DNA of 64,000 nt from an uncultured Pseudomonadota bacterium (GCA_963819005.1 CAWFUL010000012.1:335650-399649); one strand, 5' to 3'. Numbered from the stretch's first letter, positions 1 through 11,757 are shown. Notes: a model not told the origin generated them from the letters alone. Program-made: numbers and translations.

Positions 1-115
1 CGGGCGTCCTCGACACTGATCATCAACGGCTCCGAGGCGGGTGGGTGGTGAACCGCCTTTGGGGGTTCCGGCGCCGAAGGTGAAGCCGCTGGTTTGGCCG
101 GTCAAGGCACCCGGG

Positions 116-1706
116 TCAGGCCCGCTTCACGCCGGTGAACAGGATCAGCCCCTTCGTCATGTCCTTCAGGTCGTTGCGGTAGGCGACGGGCTGGTAATAC
201 AGGCCCAACGGCATGCAGGGGGCGTCGACATACGCCTGCCGCTGCATGTCGGCTGCGAGCGACTTCTGCACTGAGTCGTCCGTGGCATGCAGCCAGGCAT
301 CGCGGATCGACTCCATTTTCGGGTTGTTCGGCCAGCCGAACCAGGCGTTGGCGCCGTTGCCGCGCAGGGCCGCGTCCCCGGCGGGATTATCCCAGTCCAT
401 CCCGCCCCACATCGAGCCGAAGATGCTCCATCCGCCATCGGCGATCGGGGCCTTGCTGAAGATCCGCTGCACGACCGTGCCCCAATCCAGCGAGACGTAA
501 TCGACGTTCAGGCCGATCTTGGTCAGTACGTCGGCGCCGACCTCGCAGATGGCGGTGATACGGGGGACGTCGGCGGCCCCGAGGAACACCACCTTTTCAC
601 CGTTATATCCGGCGGCCATGACCTCTTTCTTCAGGGCGGCAAGGTCGGGATTGGGACTGACATTCTCCATTCCGGCGGTCGAGGCGTAGCGCGAGCTGGG
701 TGCGAAGAAGCCGACATGGTCGTTAATGACGTCCGGCCCGGCCTCACCGGCGACGGCGGTCATGAACTCCTTCTGGCTGACGGCGCGCAGTGCCGCGCGG
801 CGGATCGCGGGATTGTCGAACGGCGGATACAGATGGTTGAAGCGCAGCACGCCGATCAGGCCAGTGGTTTCGACCACTTCGACCTTCAGGTTCGGGTCGT
901 TGCGCAGGGATGGCACGAGGTCCATCACCGGCTGCTCGACCCAGTCGACCTCTCCGGCGCGCAGGGCCGCGGCCTGGGTGGACGGATCGGGGGTGGTAAT
1001 CCATTCGACCCGGTCGAAATTCACGATCCTGCGGGCCGGCGCAGAAGCTGGCCACGCCCTGGCGCGGGACGTATTTCTCGAACTTCGCGTAGGCGTTGAG
1101 GGCGCCGGAGACACGCTCGTTGGCCAGGAAGCGGAAGGGTCCGCTGCCGACCATTTCGGTTATGCGCTTGCCGGACGGGGTGTTCGCCAGTCGCTCCGGC
1201 ATGATCACCGCCATCAGGTTGGTTGGCTTGGCCAGAGCCTGCGGCAGCAGCGGGAACGGGCGGTTGAGGCGGAACACCACGGTCTTGTCAGTGGGCGCGG
1301 ACAGGTCGTCGGTGGCGGCCATGACGGCCTGACCGAATGCGTCCGCGGCGCCCCAGCGCTTCAGGCTGGCCACGACGTCGCGCCCCAGCACCGGCGTGCC
1401 GTCGTGGAACAGCAGCCCGTCGCGCAGGGTCAGGGTCCAGATCTTCTGGTCGGGGGAGACGGTATGGCCGGCCAGCATCTGGTATTGGGCGTTGCCCGCG
1501 GCATCCAGCGCGAACAGCGTGTCGAACACCATCATCACGTGGTTGCGGGTGACGAAGGCGCTGACCAGCGGGTCGAGCAGCGCCAGATCAGCGTACGGGA
1601 TGAATTTCAGCGTGGTGGCGGAGGCAGATCGCACAATAGATGGGCGGCCGATGCCGCCGGCCACGGCAAGCCCGGCGGCGGAGCGCAGAAGTTGGCGACG
1701 ATTCAA
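116..1706 (-). pseudogene. ABC transporter substrate-binding protein, family 5 (peptide/nickel type), split by a 1-nt frame shift (pseudogene or assembly error)
   Basis: ORF 744..1706 gives a Tat-like signal (MNRRQLLRSAAGLAVAG) and the conserved N-half up to AKFEKYVPRQGVASFCAGP. ORF 116..1114 continues in the +1 frame from RIVNFDRVEWITTPDPSTQAAALRAGEVDW to the C-terminus. The junction lies in GCCGGCCCGCAGG (minus strand), about 1031-1040. Confidence 0.8.
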
Positions 1707-1783
1707 GCGGTTTTCTCCTAACGCAAGCGGGCGCGGTGCCCGGTGGCGTTGCAGTCAGCAATAACCGCGCCAGACCTCCGGGA

Positions 1784-4454
1784 TTATTGCGCCGTGTTGT
1801 TCCCGTCCGGCATCGCCATCCGGGTGGGATCCTCCTCCTCGCGGCCATGCAGCAGCAGCGCGACGAGGCCTGTCCATCCGGTCTGATGCGAGGCGCCCAG
1901 CCCGAGGCCACTGTCGCCGTGGAAATACTCATAGAACAGCACGTGATCGCGAAAGTGCGGATCGTCCTGCTGCTTTGGCGAGTTGCCGTAGACGGGACGG
2001 CGGCCATCGGGTCCGCGCAGGAACAGGCGGGTGAGCCGAGAGGAGAGGGCGTCGGCGATCTCGCGGAGGCTGAGCGTGGTGCCGGAGCCGGTTGGATACT
2101 CCACCCTGAAATCGTCGCCATAGTACCGATGGAAACCGTAAAGGGCTTCGATGAACATGAAGTTCACCGGCATCCAGACGGGGCCCCGCCAGTTGGAGTT
2201 GCCGCCGAACTCCCGGCTGGCGCTGTCGCCGGGGACGTAGCCGACGCTGAAATGCTGGCCGTCCAGGTCGAGGGTGAATGGTTTGTCCTTGTGCACGCGG
2301 GAGACGCTGCGGACGCCGTAGGGCGAGAGGAATGCTGCCTCATCAAGCATCCGGCGCAGCAGGGCCTTCATGCGGCTGCCGCGCAGCAGGGACAACAGGC
2401 GCCGGGACCCCTGCCCTTCCTCGTCCCAATGGGACACCAGCGCGGCGAGGTCGGGACGGTGCGCCAGGACCCAGCGCTAGTCGAGCGGCGAATTCCGGGT
2501 TGCGGTCGACGGATTCAGGTTCCAGGACCTCGACGGCGAAGAGTGGGAACAGGCCGACGAGGGAGAACAGCCGCAGCGGGATCGCGGTGCCGTCGGGGCG
2601 CTGCAGGACGTTGAAGTAGAACTGGTCGATTTCGTCCCAAAGGCCGCGCCGTCCGCTCTGGCGGGTCATGACCTCGGCGATGGCCAGGAAGTGTTCGAAG
2701 AACTTCGTCGCGGTGGTTTCATAGACGTGGTCGCGGGTGGCGAGTTCGAGGGATATGCGCATCATGTTCAGCGCGTACATCGCCATCCACGAGGTGCCGT
2801 CGGACTGGTCGATCCGTCCGGCGACCGGCAGCTTCTGGCTGCGGTCGAACACCTCGATATTGTCCAGCCCGAGGAAGCCGCCCTGGAAGACGTTGCGGCC
2901 CTCGACGTCCTGGCGGTTGACCCAGCCGGTGAAGTTGATGAGCAGCTTGAGGAAGATCTGTTCGAGGAAGTCGTAGTCGGGCTTGCCTTTCATCGTGGCG
3001 TCCATGCGATAGACGCGCCACGCCGCCCAGGCATGGACGGGCGGGTTCACGGCGCCGAAATCCCACTCGTAAGCGGGCAGCGCGCCGGCGGGGTGCATGT
3101 ACCATTCGTGCGTCAGCAGCAGCAGTTGCTGCTTGGCGAAGTCGGGATCGACCAGGGCGATCGTTACGGCATGAAAGGCAAGGTCCCAGGAGGCGTACCA
3201 GGGATACTCCCAGGTATCGGGCATCGAGATGATGTCGCGGTTGTTCAGATGGCGCCAGTCGGCGTTGCGGACGTGCTCGCGGCCCGGTGGCGGCGCGGGC
3301 TGCAGCGGATCACCTTCGAGCCAGCGGCGCACATCGAAACGATAGAACTGCTTGGACCACATCATCCCGGCGATTGCCTGGCGCTGAACCGAGCGGGCGT
3401 CGGGGTCGGGGATGTTGCGTTGAAGGACTGAGAAGTATTCATTGGCTTCGGCGAGGCGATCGGCGAATATCGTATCGTGGTCGCTGAACGGATCGCCAGT
3501 AAGTTCCGCCGGGCGCCAGCGCAGCCGAAGCACATGCTGCCCGCCGGCCGGGATCGTCAGCTTGACCTGTGCGGCGCATTTGGTGCCGCGGCGGCGGTCG
3601 ATGGCCGCGACTTTTCCATCCACGATGAAATCATTGATTCCGTCCTTGAACGGTCCCGGCGAGTCGGAGTTGAACAGGCGCCGCGTGTTGGTTTCATTGC
3701 GGCAGAACAGCCAGTCAGCCTGGGTATCGATGTCAAGGCGGCGGTCGCTCATGCGGTTATGCACGGCGGCGACGCCGGTATCCGCAAGGTGAACCTCGGG
3801 CACCGGGATCCCCGGCCGCCAGTCCCAGGTGTTGCGGGCCCAGAGTGTCGGCAGGACTTGCAGGTCGGCTGCCTCCGGCCCGCGGTTGTCGATGGTGATG
3901 CGGACCAGGATGTCTTCCGGCGAGGCCTTGGCATACTCCACCGTGACGTCAAAATAACGGTCCTGGTCGAAGATGCCAGTGTCCAGCAGCTCGTATTCGG
4001 GCAGATCCTGTCCGCGTCGCGCGTTTTCCGCGATCAGTTCGTCGTAGGGGAAAGCCGCCTGCGGGTATTTGTACAGCATCCGCATGTACGAATGGGTCGG
4101 CGTGCTGTCCTGGTAGTAGTAAAGTTCCTTGACGTCCTCGCCGTGGTTGCCCTGCTGGTTGGTCAGCCCGAACAGCCGCTCCTTCAGGATCACGTCGCGT
4201 CCGTTCCAGAGTGCGAGGGAGATGCACCAGCGCAGCCGGTCATCGGTCAGCCCGGCGATCCCGTCTTCCCCCCACCGATACGCCCGGCTGCGCGCGTGGT
4301 CGTGCGGCATGTAATTCCAGGCGTCGCCGTCAGCGGAGTAGTCCTCGCGGACGGTGCCCCATTCCCGTTCCGCAAGATACGGGCCCCAGCGCAGCCATGC
4401 GCCTCGGTTAGAAAGGCGTTTGCCTTCCGTGGTTTGCATCAGTCGGGCTGGCAC
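1784..4454 (-). pseudogene. GH63-like (MGH1-type) glucosidase, split by a 1-nt insertion
   Basis: ORF 2343..4454 (703 aa, RWGPYLAEREWGTVREDYS..., NQQGNHGEDVKELYYY) loses sense after NPEFAARL. ORF 1784..2437 carries the conserved C-end (SHWDEEGQG...YFHGDSGLGLGASHQTGWTGL). Deleting one base at CTAG (2477-2480) gives the continuous reading AARLRWVLAHRPDLAALVSHWDEE. Confidence 0.8.
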
Positions 4455-4657
4455 GGCGTGTCCTATCCAGTCAGGCGAGTGGCTTGAAACAAGGCGGCTT
4501 TTCGCACACTGTATCGGTAAAGTGGGGAGTCAGCCATCACCGGCACCGGACGCCGCGGCGTGCCGCGGGGCGGCGTAGCAGTAGCGGCTGCCCTGGCCGC
4601 GCCGGCGATCGCCGCGAATGGGCGGGACCGCGCTCTGCGCTTCATGCCGCTAGTCTC

Positions 4658-6173
4658 TCAATTTGTTGGAGAACGTTCTGAGCAGCTATCTGCCAGCGCC
4701 TTAAGGGCGACCTGCACCCGAGCCGTCACTCCAGGCCAGTCGCCCGGTCTGGTCTGCCGAAATTGCCGCATCGACGGATACCAGGGCGTGTCGTCGCGTT
4801 TCATGAACCAGCGCCAGCACAGAATCGAACCGGTTCAGCATCCACACCGGCTTGCCAAGCGCTCCGGCCAGATGCGCGACGGCGGTATCGACCGCGATGA
4901 CCAGATCCAGCCCGGCAATCAGGTTGGCGGTGTCCGCCCAGTCGCCGATCCGGTTGCTGAAATCATGCAGAACCGCACCCTCGGGCGGATGGCGCATCTG
5001 CCGCGCCGGCGGTCCGAGTTGCAGGGACACGAAACTGCAACCCGGGACCGTCAGCAACGGCGCGATGTCCGTCAGCCGCATCGAACGCCGCTTGTCGATG
5101 GCGACCGCGTGAGGCTGGGCGGTCCGCGACTTTCCCGCCCAGGCCAGTCCAACCTTCAGGCCCGGTAGTCCCGCCAAAGGCTTCTCCCACGCGGACGGAT
5201 CCGCCTTCAGGTACGCCCCGAACGCCGGGATCGTCTCCATCGTCGTGCCGAAGGCGAATGGCAGGCTGAGCAGCGGGCAGTGATAGTCGAACGGAGGAAG
5301 CAGTCCCTCATCATCCGACAGCAATGCCGACACGCCATCCAGCGTTTTCATAAGCCGATGCAGCGGCTTCGGCACCACCAGGATCACGCGGCCACCGGCG
5401 GCCGCGACCATCGGCGCGTAGCGGCAGAACTGCAGCGTGTCGCCGAAACCCTGTTCGGCATAGAGCAGCACCGTCTCCCCGTTCAGCGGCTGGCCCGCCC
5501 AGCGCGGCGCCGGCAGTTGAGGCAAGGGCGAGGACATCGCCTCGACGTCCCACCGGGATTCGTATTCGCGCCAGCCTTCCTCCAGCCGTCCCATCATCAG
5601 CAGGGCCAGCGCCAGGTTGGCCCGAGCCTCCGCGTGGTCTGGGCGGAGTGCCAGAGCCTCCCGGCAGCATGTCTCGGCTTCCGCGGGCCGGCCCTGCTCC
5701 ATCAGCGAAAGGGCGAGGTTGCTTTTCGCGCGCGCCGGATCGGCGCCCAATGCGAGCGCGCGGCGAAACAATCCCTCCGCCTCGTCCACATGGTCGCCGA
5801 GCTGGCGCACCGATCCGAGGTTCAACGTGGCGTGCGGATGTCCGGACCGCAGCCGGACAGCGGCGCGGAAGCAGTTCTCGGCTTCGGCGAGGTGACCCTG
5901 CATGTAGTGGATCATGCCGAGGTTGTTGTGGGCATCGGCCATTTCGGGGTCAAGCCGAAGGGCCTCCCGCTGACACGTCGCAGCCGTGTCGAAATCACGC
6001 TGCGTCAGGGCCACGAGGCCGAGGTTCATCCAGGCTTCCTTGAACTCCGGTTCAAGCCGCAGGGCCTGACGGTAATACGGTTCGGCCTCGGCCGGCTTTC
6101 CCTGGCAATGCAGGTTGAAACCGAAACCATGGACGGCGAGGGCTTGGTCTGAGATTGCAGGCTCAAATGTCAT
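4658..6173 (-). pseudogene. TPR-repeat protein with C-terminal glycosyltransferase family 9-like domain, C-terminus frame-shifted
   Basis: N-half has repeated TPR units (AEAEPYYRQALRLEPEFKEAWMNLG...). C-half has LLYAEQGFGDTLQFCRYAP and DTAVAHLAGALGKPVWMLNRFDS. After about 4815-4826 the +1 frame reads CWRWFMKRDDTPWYPSMRQFRQTRPGDWPGV and stops at 4658-4660, while the listed ORF tail (to 4701) reads like out-of-frame sequence. Confidence 0.7.
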
Positions 6174-6194
6174 GCACCCGCAAGTTGTGCAGGC

Positions 6195-7146
6195 TTATAG
6201 TCTTGACAAGACCTCATCGCGGAATTTTTTCATATCGGTCGTTGACTTCACGGCATCACGTCCCTCGAAGTCGAAATCCAGAGCGGTGACGCCGATCGCC
6301 TTGACCGCGGCGATATCCTCGATGGTGTTCGCCACCGAACCGGTGAACAGCTTGCGATTGCCGTCTGTCGCGGCCGGGGCGGGCTGTCCGTGGCGCTTGA
6401 CCCGGTACGTTACGCCGACGGCATTCGGGTCCCGGCCGGCTGCCTTCGTCATCTCGCGCAGGCGGGCAATGCCGGCCTGTAGCCGTGGCAGCGTATCCAG
6501 CAGGTGCGCGTTGTTACTGCCTATCGGATACCACGCATCGCCGATCCGAGCGGCCCGGCGCATGGACGGTCCACTTTCGCCACCCACCCAGATCGGCGGA
6601 TACGGTTTCTGCACCGGCTTGGGGTCGGTCAGCAGCCCGTCGATGTTCACGTACTTGCCGTGAAAGACCGGATGTTCCTGGGTCCAGATGACCCGCATCG
6701 CGTCCATGTACTCGTCGGTGACAGCGCCGCGTTCGGCAAACGGCGTCGTCGCGACCGCGTCGATTTCCACCTTCAGCCAGCCGGCGCCGATGCCGACGAC
6801 GAGGCGCCCGCCCGACAGCACATCGATCGTCGCCAGCATCTTGGATGTCACGACGGCGGGCCGGTGCGGCACGACCATCACCGCCAGTACAAGACGGATC
6901 TTGCTGGTCTTTGCCGCGACCCATGCCGTGGCTGTCAGTTGCTCCATCCGATGTCCGGGATCGGGGGAGTAGAACTCGCCGGTCGTTGAGTATGGGTAGC
7001 CCGGCGCGCTGGTGTCCGGCAGCGCCACGTGGTCGGTCATGGTCAGGTAGTCGAAGCCGAGGGCCTCGCCGAGTTCGGCGGTGCGCGCCATCACCTCGGG
7101 CGTCGGCCATCGGACCGCTGACCGGCAGGTTGAAGCCGATTTGCAT
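6195..7146 (-). pseudogene. LLM-class (luciferase-like) flavin/F420-type oxidoreductase, N-terminus frame-shifted
   Basis: ORF 6195..7094 is a full LLM body (GRLVVGIGAGW, PIWVGGES). The expected N-terminus MQIGFNLPVSGPMADA is in ORF 6514..7146 in the neighbouring frame. The junction is at the GGG run 7098-7100, giving PMADA|EVMARTAELGEALGFDYL. Confidence 0.75.
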
Positions 7147-7193
7147 GGTGTTTCTCCCCGTTGGTGAAGGCCAGAATGGCAGGCGCCGGCCGG

Positions 7194-7649
7194 CTACCCG
7201 TTCGGCGCCGGCGCGGCGATCAGCGCGGCGATCCGGTGCAGACCGAACAGATAACCCTGCGTGCCGCAGCCGGCGATGACGCCATCGGCCCGCAGCGACA
7301 CGAACGAGCGATGGCGGAATTCCTCTCGCTTATGCACGTTCGAGATATGGACTTCGATAACTGGCGCATCGAAGGTGTTCAACGCGTCCAGCACGGCGAC
7401 CGAGGTATGGGTGAAGGCGGCCGGATTGATGACGATGCCGGCGGCGACGTCGCGGGCTTCGTGGATCCAGTCGATAATTTCGTATTCGCGATTGCTCTGA
7501 TGGAAACGCAGTTCCAGGCCCAGTTCCGCGGCGAGTGTCCGGCAATCGCGCTCGACATCGGCCAAGGTCTCGTGGCCGTAGATATGGGGCTGGCGTTTCC
7601 CCAGGAGGTTCAGGTTCGGACCGTTCAGCACGAATACCAGATTGGCCAT
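7194..7649 (-). CDS. aroQ: type II 3-dehydroquinate dehydratase
   Basis: [25 protein letters not shown]...[12 protein letters not shown]...[13 protein letters not shown]. The start was trimmed from ORF 7194..7754 to the ATG at 7649. Confidence 0.9.
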   Translation of the reverse strand: MANLVFVLNGPNLNLLGKRQPHIYGHETLADVERDCRTLAAELGLELRFHQSNREYEIIDWIHEARDVAAGIVINPAAFTHTSVAVLDALNTFDAPVIEVHISNVHKREEFRHRSFVSLRADGVIAGCGTQGYLFGLHRIAALIAAPAPNG

Positions 7650-7764
7650 GCGGCAATTCCTCCGTATCGACCAGAGGTATAGAGGCTGCGTCCCGTCAGG
7701 CAAGCAACGGCCCCGGGAGCTGGTCTGGTGATCGGCCTGGCCTAGAGCTGACACAACCTTGCGC

Positions 7765-7799
7765 GGTGAACGGGCCGTGGAGGACGGCCCTTGTTCACC
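7765..7799 (-). terminator. strong GC-rich hairpin downstream of pntB (possible terminator or attenuator before aroQ)
   Basis: GGTGAAC-GGGCCGT / loop GGAGG / ACGGCCC-tt-GTTCACC gives 14 paired bases with a 2-nt bulge, 7 nt beyond the pntB stop. There is no clean U-tract. Confidence 0.45.
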
Positions 7800-7805
7800 A
7801 CCTGT

Positions 7806-9212
7806 TCAGTGCCCCAGCGCCTGCACGATTTCCTCGGTCATCTTCTTGGCGTCCCCGAACAACATCATCGTGTTCGGGCGGAAGAACAACTCGTTGTCGA
7901 CACCGGCGTAGCCTGATGCCATCGAGCGCTTGACGAACAGCACCGTCGCCGCCTTCTCCACATCCAGGATTGGCATGCCGTAGATGGCCGACGACGGATC
8001 TGTCTTCGCCGCCGGGTTGGTCACATCGTTGGCGCCGATCACGTAGACGACGTCGGCGGTCGAGAACTCATTGTTGATTTCTTCCAGTTCGAAGACCTCG
8101 TCATAGGGGACGTTGGCCTCGGCCAGCAGGACGTTCATGTGGCCGGGCATGCGGCCGGCGACGGGGTGAATGGCGTATTTCACCTCGACGCCTTCTTTCT
8201 TCAGCGTATCGGCCATCTCCCGCAGCGCGTGCTGGGCCTGAGCCACGGCCATTCCGTAGCCGGGGACAACGATCACCTTCGAGGCGTTCTTCATGATGAA
8301 CGCGGCATCGTCGGCGTTGCCGGTCTTCACCGTGCGATCGCCGGCTGGTCCGCCGCCCGCTGCCACCGCACCGCTGTCGGACCCGAAGCCGCCCAGCAGC
8401 ACGTTGATGATGCTGCGGTTCATGCCCTTGCACATGATGTACGAGAGGATGGCGCCCGATGCGCCGACCAGGGAGCCGGTGATGATCAGCGCCAGGTTCT
8501 GGATGGTGAAGCCGATACCCGCCGCTGCCCAGCCCGAGTAGCTGTTCAGCATCGATACGACCACCGGCATGTCCGCGCCGCCGATCGGGATGATGATCAG
8601 GAAGCCCAGGCCCAGGGACAGCAGCGCGATCGCCCAGAACAGAAGCTGATTGCCACCCGAAACGATAAAGCTCAGGAACAAAATCAGCAGCAGGATCGCC
8701 AGTCCCAGGTTCAGCCAGTGCTGGCCCGGAAAGGTGATCGGATTTCCCTTCATCAGCGCCTGCAGCTTGGCGAACGCAATCAAGCTGCCGGAGAAGGTAA
8801 TTGCGCCGATGGCCAGGCCGAGGGACATCTCGACGAGGCTTTGCATGTGGACATTGCCGACGGTGCCGATGTGGAACGCTTCCGGTGCGTTCAAAGCGGC
8901 GGCGGCAACGAACACGGCCGCCAGACCCACCAGGGAGTGGAACGCGGCGACCAGTTGCGGCAACGCGGTCATCTGGATCCGCCGCGCCACCACGACGCCG
9001 ACCGCGCCGCCGATGGCGATCCCCAGGAAGATCAGGATGTAGCCGCCGGCCATCCCGTGTTGCGCCAGCGTGGCCAGCACGGCGATGCCCATGCCGATCA
9101 TGCCGAAGCGGTTGCCCTGCCGCGACGTGACGGGGGACGACAGGCCGCGCAGCGCCAGAACGAAAAGGACCGCGGCGACGAGGTAGGCGAGAGAGGTCAG
9201 ACTGGCGGACAT
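7806..9212 (-). CDS. pntB: NAD(P) transhydrogenase subunit beta
   Basis: 468 aa with a multi-TM N-half and a C-terminal NADP(H) domain (VPGYGMAVAQAQH, AIHPVAGRMPGHMNVLLAEA). Confidence 0.95.
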   Translation of the reverse strand: MSASLTSLAYLVAAVLFVLALRGLSSPVTSRQGNRFGMIGMGIAVLATLAQHGMAGGYILIFLGIAIGGAVGVVVARRIQMTALPQLVAAFHSLVGLAAVFVAAAALNAPEAFHIGTVGNVHMQSLVEMSLGLAIGAITFSGSLIAFAKLQALMKGNPITFPGQHWLNLGLAILLLILFLSFIVSGGNQLLFWAIALLSLGLGFLIIIPIGGADMPVVVSMLNSYSGWAAAGIGFTIQNLALIITGSLVGASGAILSYIMCKGMNRSIINVLLGGFGSDSGAVAAGGGPAGDRTVKTGNADDAAFIMKNASKVIVVPGYGMAVAQAQHALREMADTLKKEGVEVKYAIHPVAGRMPGHMNVLLAEANVPYDEVFELEEINNEFSTADVVYVIGANDVTNPAAKTDPSSAIYGMPILDVEKAATVLFVKRSMASGYAGVDNELFFRPNTMMLFGDAKKMTEEIVQALGH

Positions 9213-9222
9213 CGATGCGGCC

Positions 9223-9618
9223 TTATTGCTTTTTCTTGAACATCGACAGCATGCGCTGCGTCACCATGAACCCGCCGAAGATGTTCACCGAGGCCAGCGT
9301 GACCGCGATGAACCCGAACAGCATTGCCCAGCCTGAGGTCGCCAGGCCGGTTGCCAGCATGGCGCCGACGATGATCACCGACGAAATGGCGTTGGTCACC
9401 GCCATCAGCGGCGAGTGCAGTGCCGGCGTGACATTCCACACCACGTAGTAGCCGACGAAGCAGGCCATCAGAAAAATGGCCAGGAGGAAGATGAAGGGGT
9501 TGACCTCGGGCGCCGCGACCGTTGAGGCGGCCATCGCGATATTTCGCGCGTGATCGGCCAATTCAACGGCGCGTTCGGCGAGGCGCTGCGCCTCGTCGGC
9601 AACTTGGTTCGGGTTCAT
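9223..9618 (-). CDS. pntAB: NAD(P) transhydrogenase subunit alpha part 2 (membrane part)
   Basis: 131 aa hydrophobic protein lying between the pntAA-like and pntB genes ([27 protein letters not shown]). Confidence 0.85.
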   Translation of the reverse strand: MNPNQVADEAQRLAERAVELADHARNIAMAASTVAAPEVNPFIFLLAIFLMACFVGYYVVWNVTPALHSPLMAVTNAISSVIIVGAMLATGLATSGWAMLFGFIAVTLASVNIFGGFMVTQRMLSMFKKKQ

Positions 9619-9648
9619 CGGTTCGGTCTCCGAAGGCTCAGGCCGGGG

Positions 9649-10788
9649 CTACGCCGCCTGGGAGGGCAGGAAGTTGGGGTGAACGATGGCGCCGCCACGG
9701 GTGAGCATGACGCCTTTCACGATGTCGTCTGTTTCCGGCAGCTTCGGCGCCTTGGCATCCTTGTCCCAGAACGTGGTCAGGAACGTCAGCAGGTTGCGCG
9801 AATAGAGGGCGGACGACGCGACGGTGATGCGGCCCGGCCAGTTGCGATAGCCGAGCACGGTGACGCCGTTCGGGGTGACAACGACTTTTCCAGGTTCGGT
9901 GGCCTCGCAGTTGCCGCCGGCTTCCGCCGCGAGGTCGACGATCACGCTACCGGACCGCATGCTGTCCACCATTGCCTGAGTGACGATGGTCGGCGCCTTG
10001 CGGCCCATGACCAGCGCCGTGCAGATGACGATGTCGTTCTTTGCCACCGTCGCGGCCATCAGTTCGGCCTGTTTCTGGCGGAACGCATCGCTCATTTCCC
10101 GCGCATAGGCGCCGGTCTGGGTGGCGGTTTCCTCGTCCTCGACCCCGACATAGGTCGCACCGAGGGACTTGATTTCCTCCTTGGCGGCCGGGCGGACGTC
10201 GGTGGCTGACACGATGGCGCCCAGGCGGCGGGCAGTGGCGATCGCCTGCAGTCCGGCGACACCGGCGCCGATGACGAACACGCGGGCCGGCGGGACGGTG
10301 CCGGCGGCTGTCATCATCATCGGAAAGCCGCGCTGGAAGACGTTTCCGGCCTCGATGACCGAGCGGTATCCGGCGAGGTTCGCCTGGCTCGACAGCACGT
10401 CCATGGACTGCGCGCGGGTGATGCGCGGCAGCAGTTCCATCGCCGCGGTGTCGATGCCCGCGGCCGCCAGGCTGGGTACCAGATCCGGATCGGCGAAGGC
10501 GCCGGCGATGCAAACGAGCAGCGCGCCTTTGGGGATGAGCGCCCGTTGTTCCGCTTCCGGCATTTGCACGGTGAACACGATTCCGGCGTCCGCCAGGGCG
10601 GCCTTCGCGTCGGCGGCGATCTCTGCGCCCGCGGCAGCGAAGTCGGCGTCGGAAATCGAGGCGGTGGTCCCTGCCCCGGCCTCGACCGCCACGGTCAGGC
10701 CCAGGGCGATCAGCTTTTTCACCGTTTCCGGCGTTGCGGCGACGCGGGTTTCGGCATCGCGACGTTCCTTCAGCACCGTGAGGCGCAT
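9649..10788 (-). CDS. pntAA: NAD(P) transhydrogenase subunit alpha part 1 (soluble dI)
   Basis: 379 aa with an alanine-dehydrogenase/PNT fold and the Rossmann motif VFVIGAGVAGLQAIATARRLGA. It is the first gene of the pnt operon. Confidence 0.95.
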   Translation of the reverse strand: MRLTVLKERRDAETRVAATPETVKKLIALGLTVAVEAGAGTTASISDADFAAAGAEIAADAKAALADAGIVFTVQMPEAEQRALIPKGALLVCIAGAFADPDLVPSLAAAGIDTAAMELLPRITRAQSMDVLSSQANLAGYRSVIEAGNVFQRGFPMMMTAAGTVPPARVFVIGAGVAGLQAIATARRLGAIVSATDVRPAAKEEIKSLGATYVGVEDEETATQTGAYAREMSDAFRQKQAELMAATVAKNDIVICTALVMGRKAPTIVTQAMVDSMRSGSVIVDLAAEAGGNCEATEPGKVVVTPNGVTVLGYRNWPGRITVASSALYSRNLLTFLTTFWDKDAKAPKLPETDDIVKGVMLTRGGAIVHPNFLPSQAA

Positions 10789-10920
10789 CCGTTGTTTCCT
10801 CCGTCACTGGTCAGCAAAAGAGCCCGAAACGCCGCTCGCGCCCGGTTCTGATTGTCCGCGAACCAATGCACGTCCGCGCGGACGGGTGCAAGGGGTGCTG
10901 TGATCCCGGGTCCCCGGCGC

Positions 10921-11667
10921 TCAGGTCATCCGCTGCCAGGCGAGCACCAGCAGCAGAGCAGCGTTCAACGCCATCACCGCGGGGGCTGCCGCTGTCACGA
11001 TGCGACCCCACCGCCGACCCGCCGCCTGTCCCGCGATCCCGACAACCATCAGGCTCGGCGCTGTTCCTGCTCCGAACGAAATCATCGCTGCCGCCCCCAT
11101 CCACGGCCGTCCGGTTGCCGCCGCTGCGGCAACCGCGGCGTAGAGGAATCCGCACGGCAAAAAGCCCAAGGCGAGCCCAAACATGGCCTCGCCGACCCAG
11201 GTGCGGCGCGGTATGCGGCGTGTCGCGCGTCCCACGGTCCTGCCCCACCAGGCTGGCGCCCGACCGAACCCGCCCCTGGTCCGGCCGAGCGCGTGGGTGA
11301 GGAACAGCACGGCGGCAAGCAGCAAAAGAGTGGCGGAGGCCGGGTTGAACCATCCCGCGCTCTGAAGCGCCGAGGTTGAACCCGCCGCGACGGCGCCGAG
11401 CGCGGCATAGGTCGTGATGCGCCCGAGGTGGTACGGAAAAAGCATTCCGTTCCGTATTCGCGCGGATTCGCACATTCGCAACGAATCCAGACGGGCAATG
11501 CGATCGGATACCTGGCCCATTACAAAGACGCCGCACATCGGGGCGCAATGCACGACGCTGCCGGCAGCGCCAGCCAGGAACAGTCCCGCCAGAAGACTGC
11601 CGTGGATCGTGACACCGGCTGAACATATCGAGGCCAGCCAATGCAGGTCTGTCATCATCGGGCCCAT
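10921..11667 (-). CDS. DsbD_2 / TauE-like integral membrane protein (HCxxMCG family), often linked to cbb3 loci
   Basis: Motifs VHCAPMCGVF and GFLPCGFLY in a roughly 6-TM protein. The start was trimmed from ORF 10921..12135 to the ATG at 11667 (MGPMMTDLHW); ATGs at 11658 and 11655 are alternatives. Confidence 0.55.
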   Translation of the reverse strand: MGPMMTDLHWLASICSAGVTIHGSLLAGLFLAGAAGSVVHCAPMCGVFVMGQVSDRIARLDSLRMCESARIRNGMLFPYHLGRITTYAALGAVAAGSTSALQSAGWFNPASATLLLLAAVLFLTHALGRTRGGFGRAPAWWGRTVGRATRRIPRRTWVGEAMFGLALGFLPCGFLYAAVAAAAATGRPWMGAAAMISFGAGTAPSLMVVGIAGQAAGRRWGRIVTAAAPAVMALNAALLLVLAWQRMT

Positions 11668-11691
11668 GTAGGCGGTTGAATTCACGATGCG

Positions 11692-11705
11692 TTGATCTGT
11701 ATCAA
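11692..11705. promoter_or_regulatory. FNR/FixK-type anaerobox TTGATCTGTATCAA upstream of the cbb3 operon
   Basis: Exact match to the palindromic consensus TTGAT-N4-ATCAA. Its centre is about 59 nt upstream of the ATG at 11758, in the divergent intergenic region. Confidence 0.8.
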
Positions 11706-11757
11706 TGCCCACGCCGTGGCGCCAGACCAGAGAGGCGCTGGAACGGGAGAGGTACGA

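Noticed and set aside
1-23. Possible start of another minus-strand gene (GGAG-N6-ATGATCAGTGTCGAGGACGCCCG) at the left edge.
   Set aside because: Only 7-8 codons lie inside the window, too little to call a product or even to be sure it is a gene.
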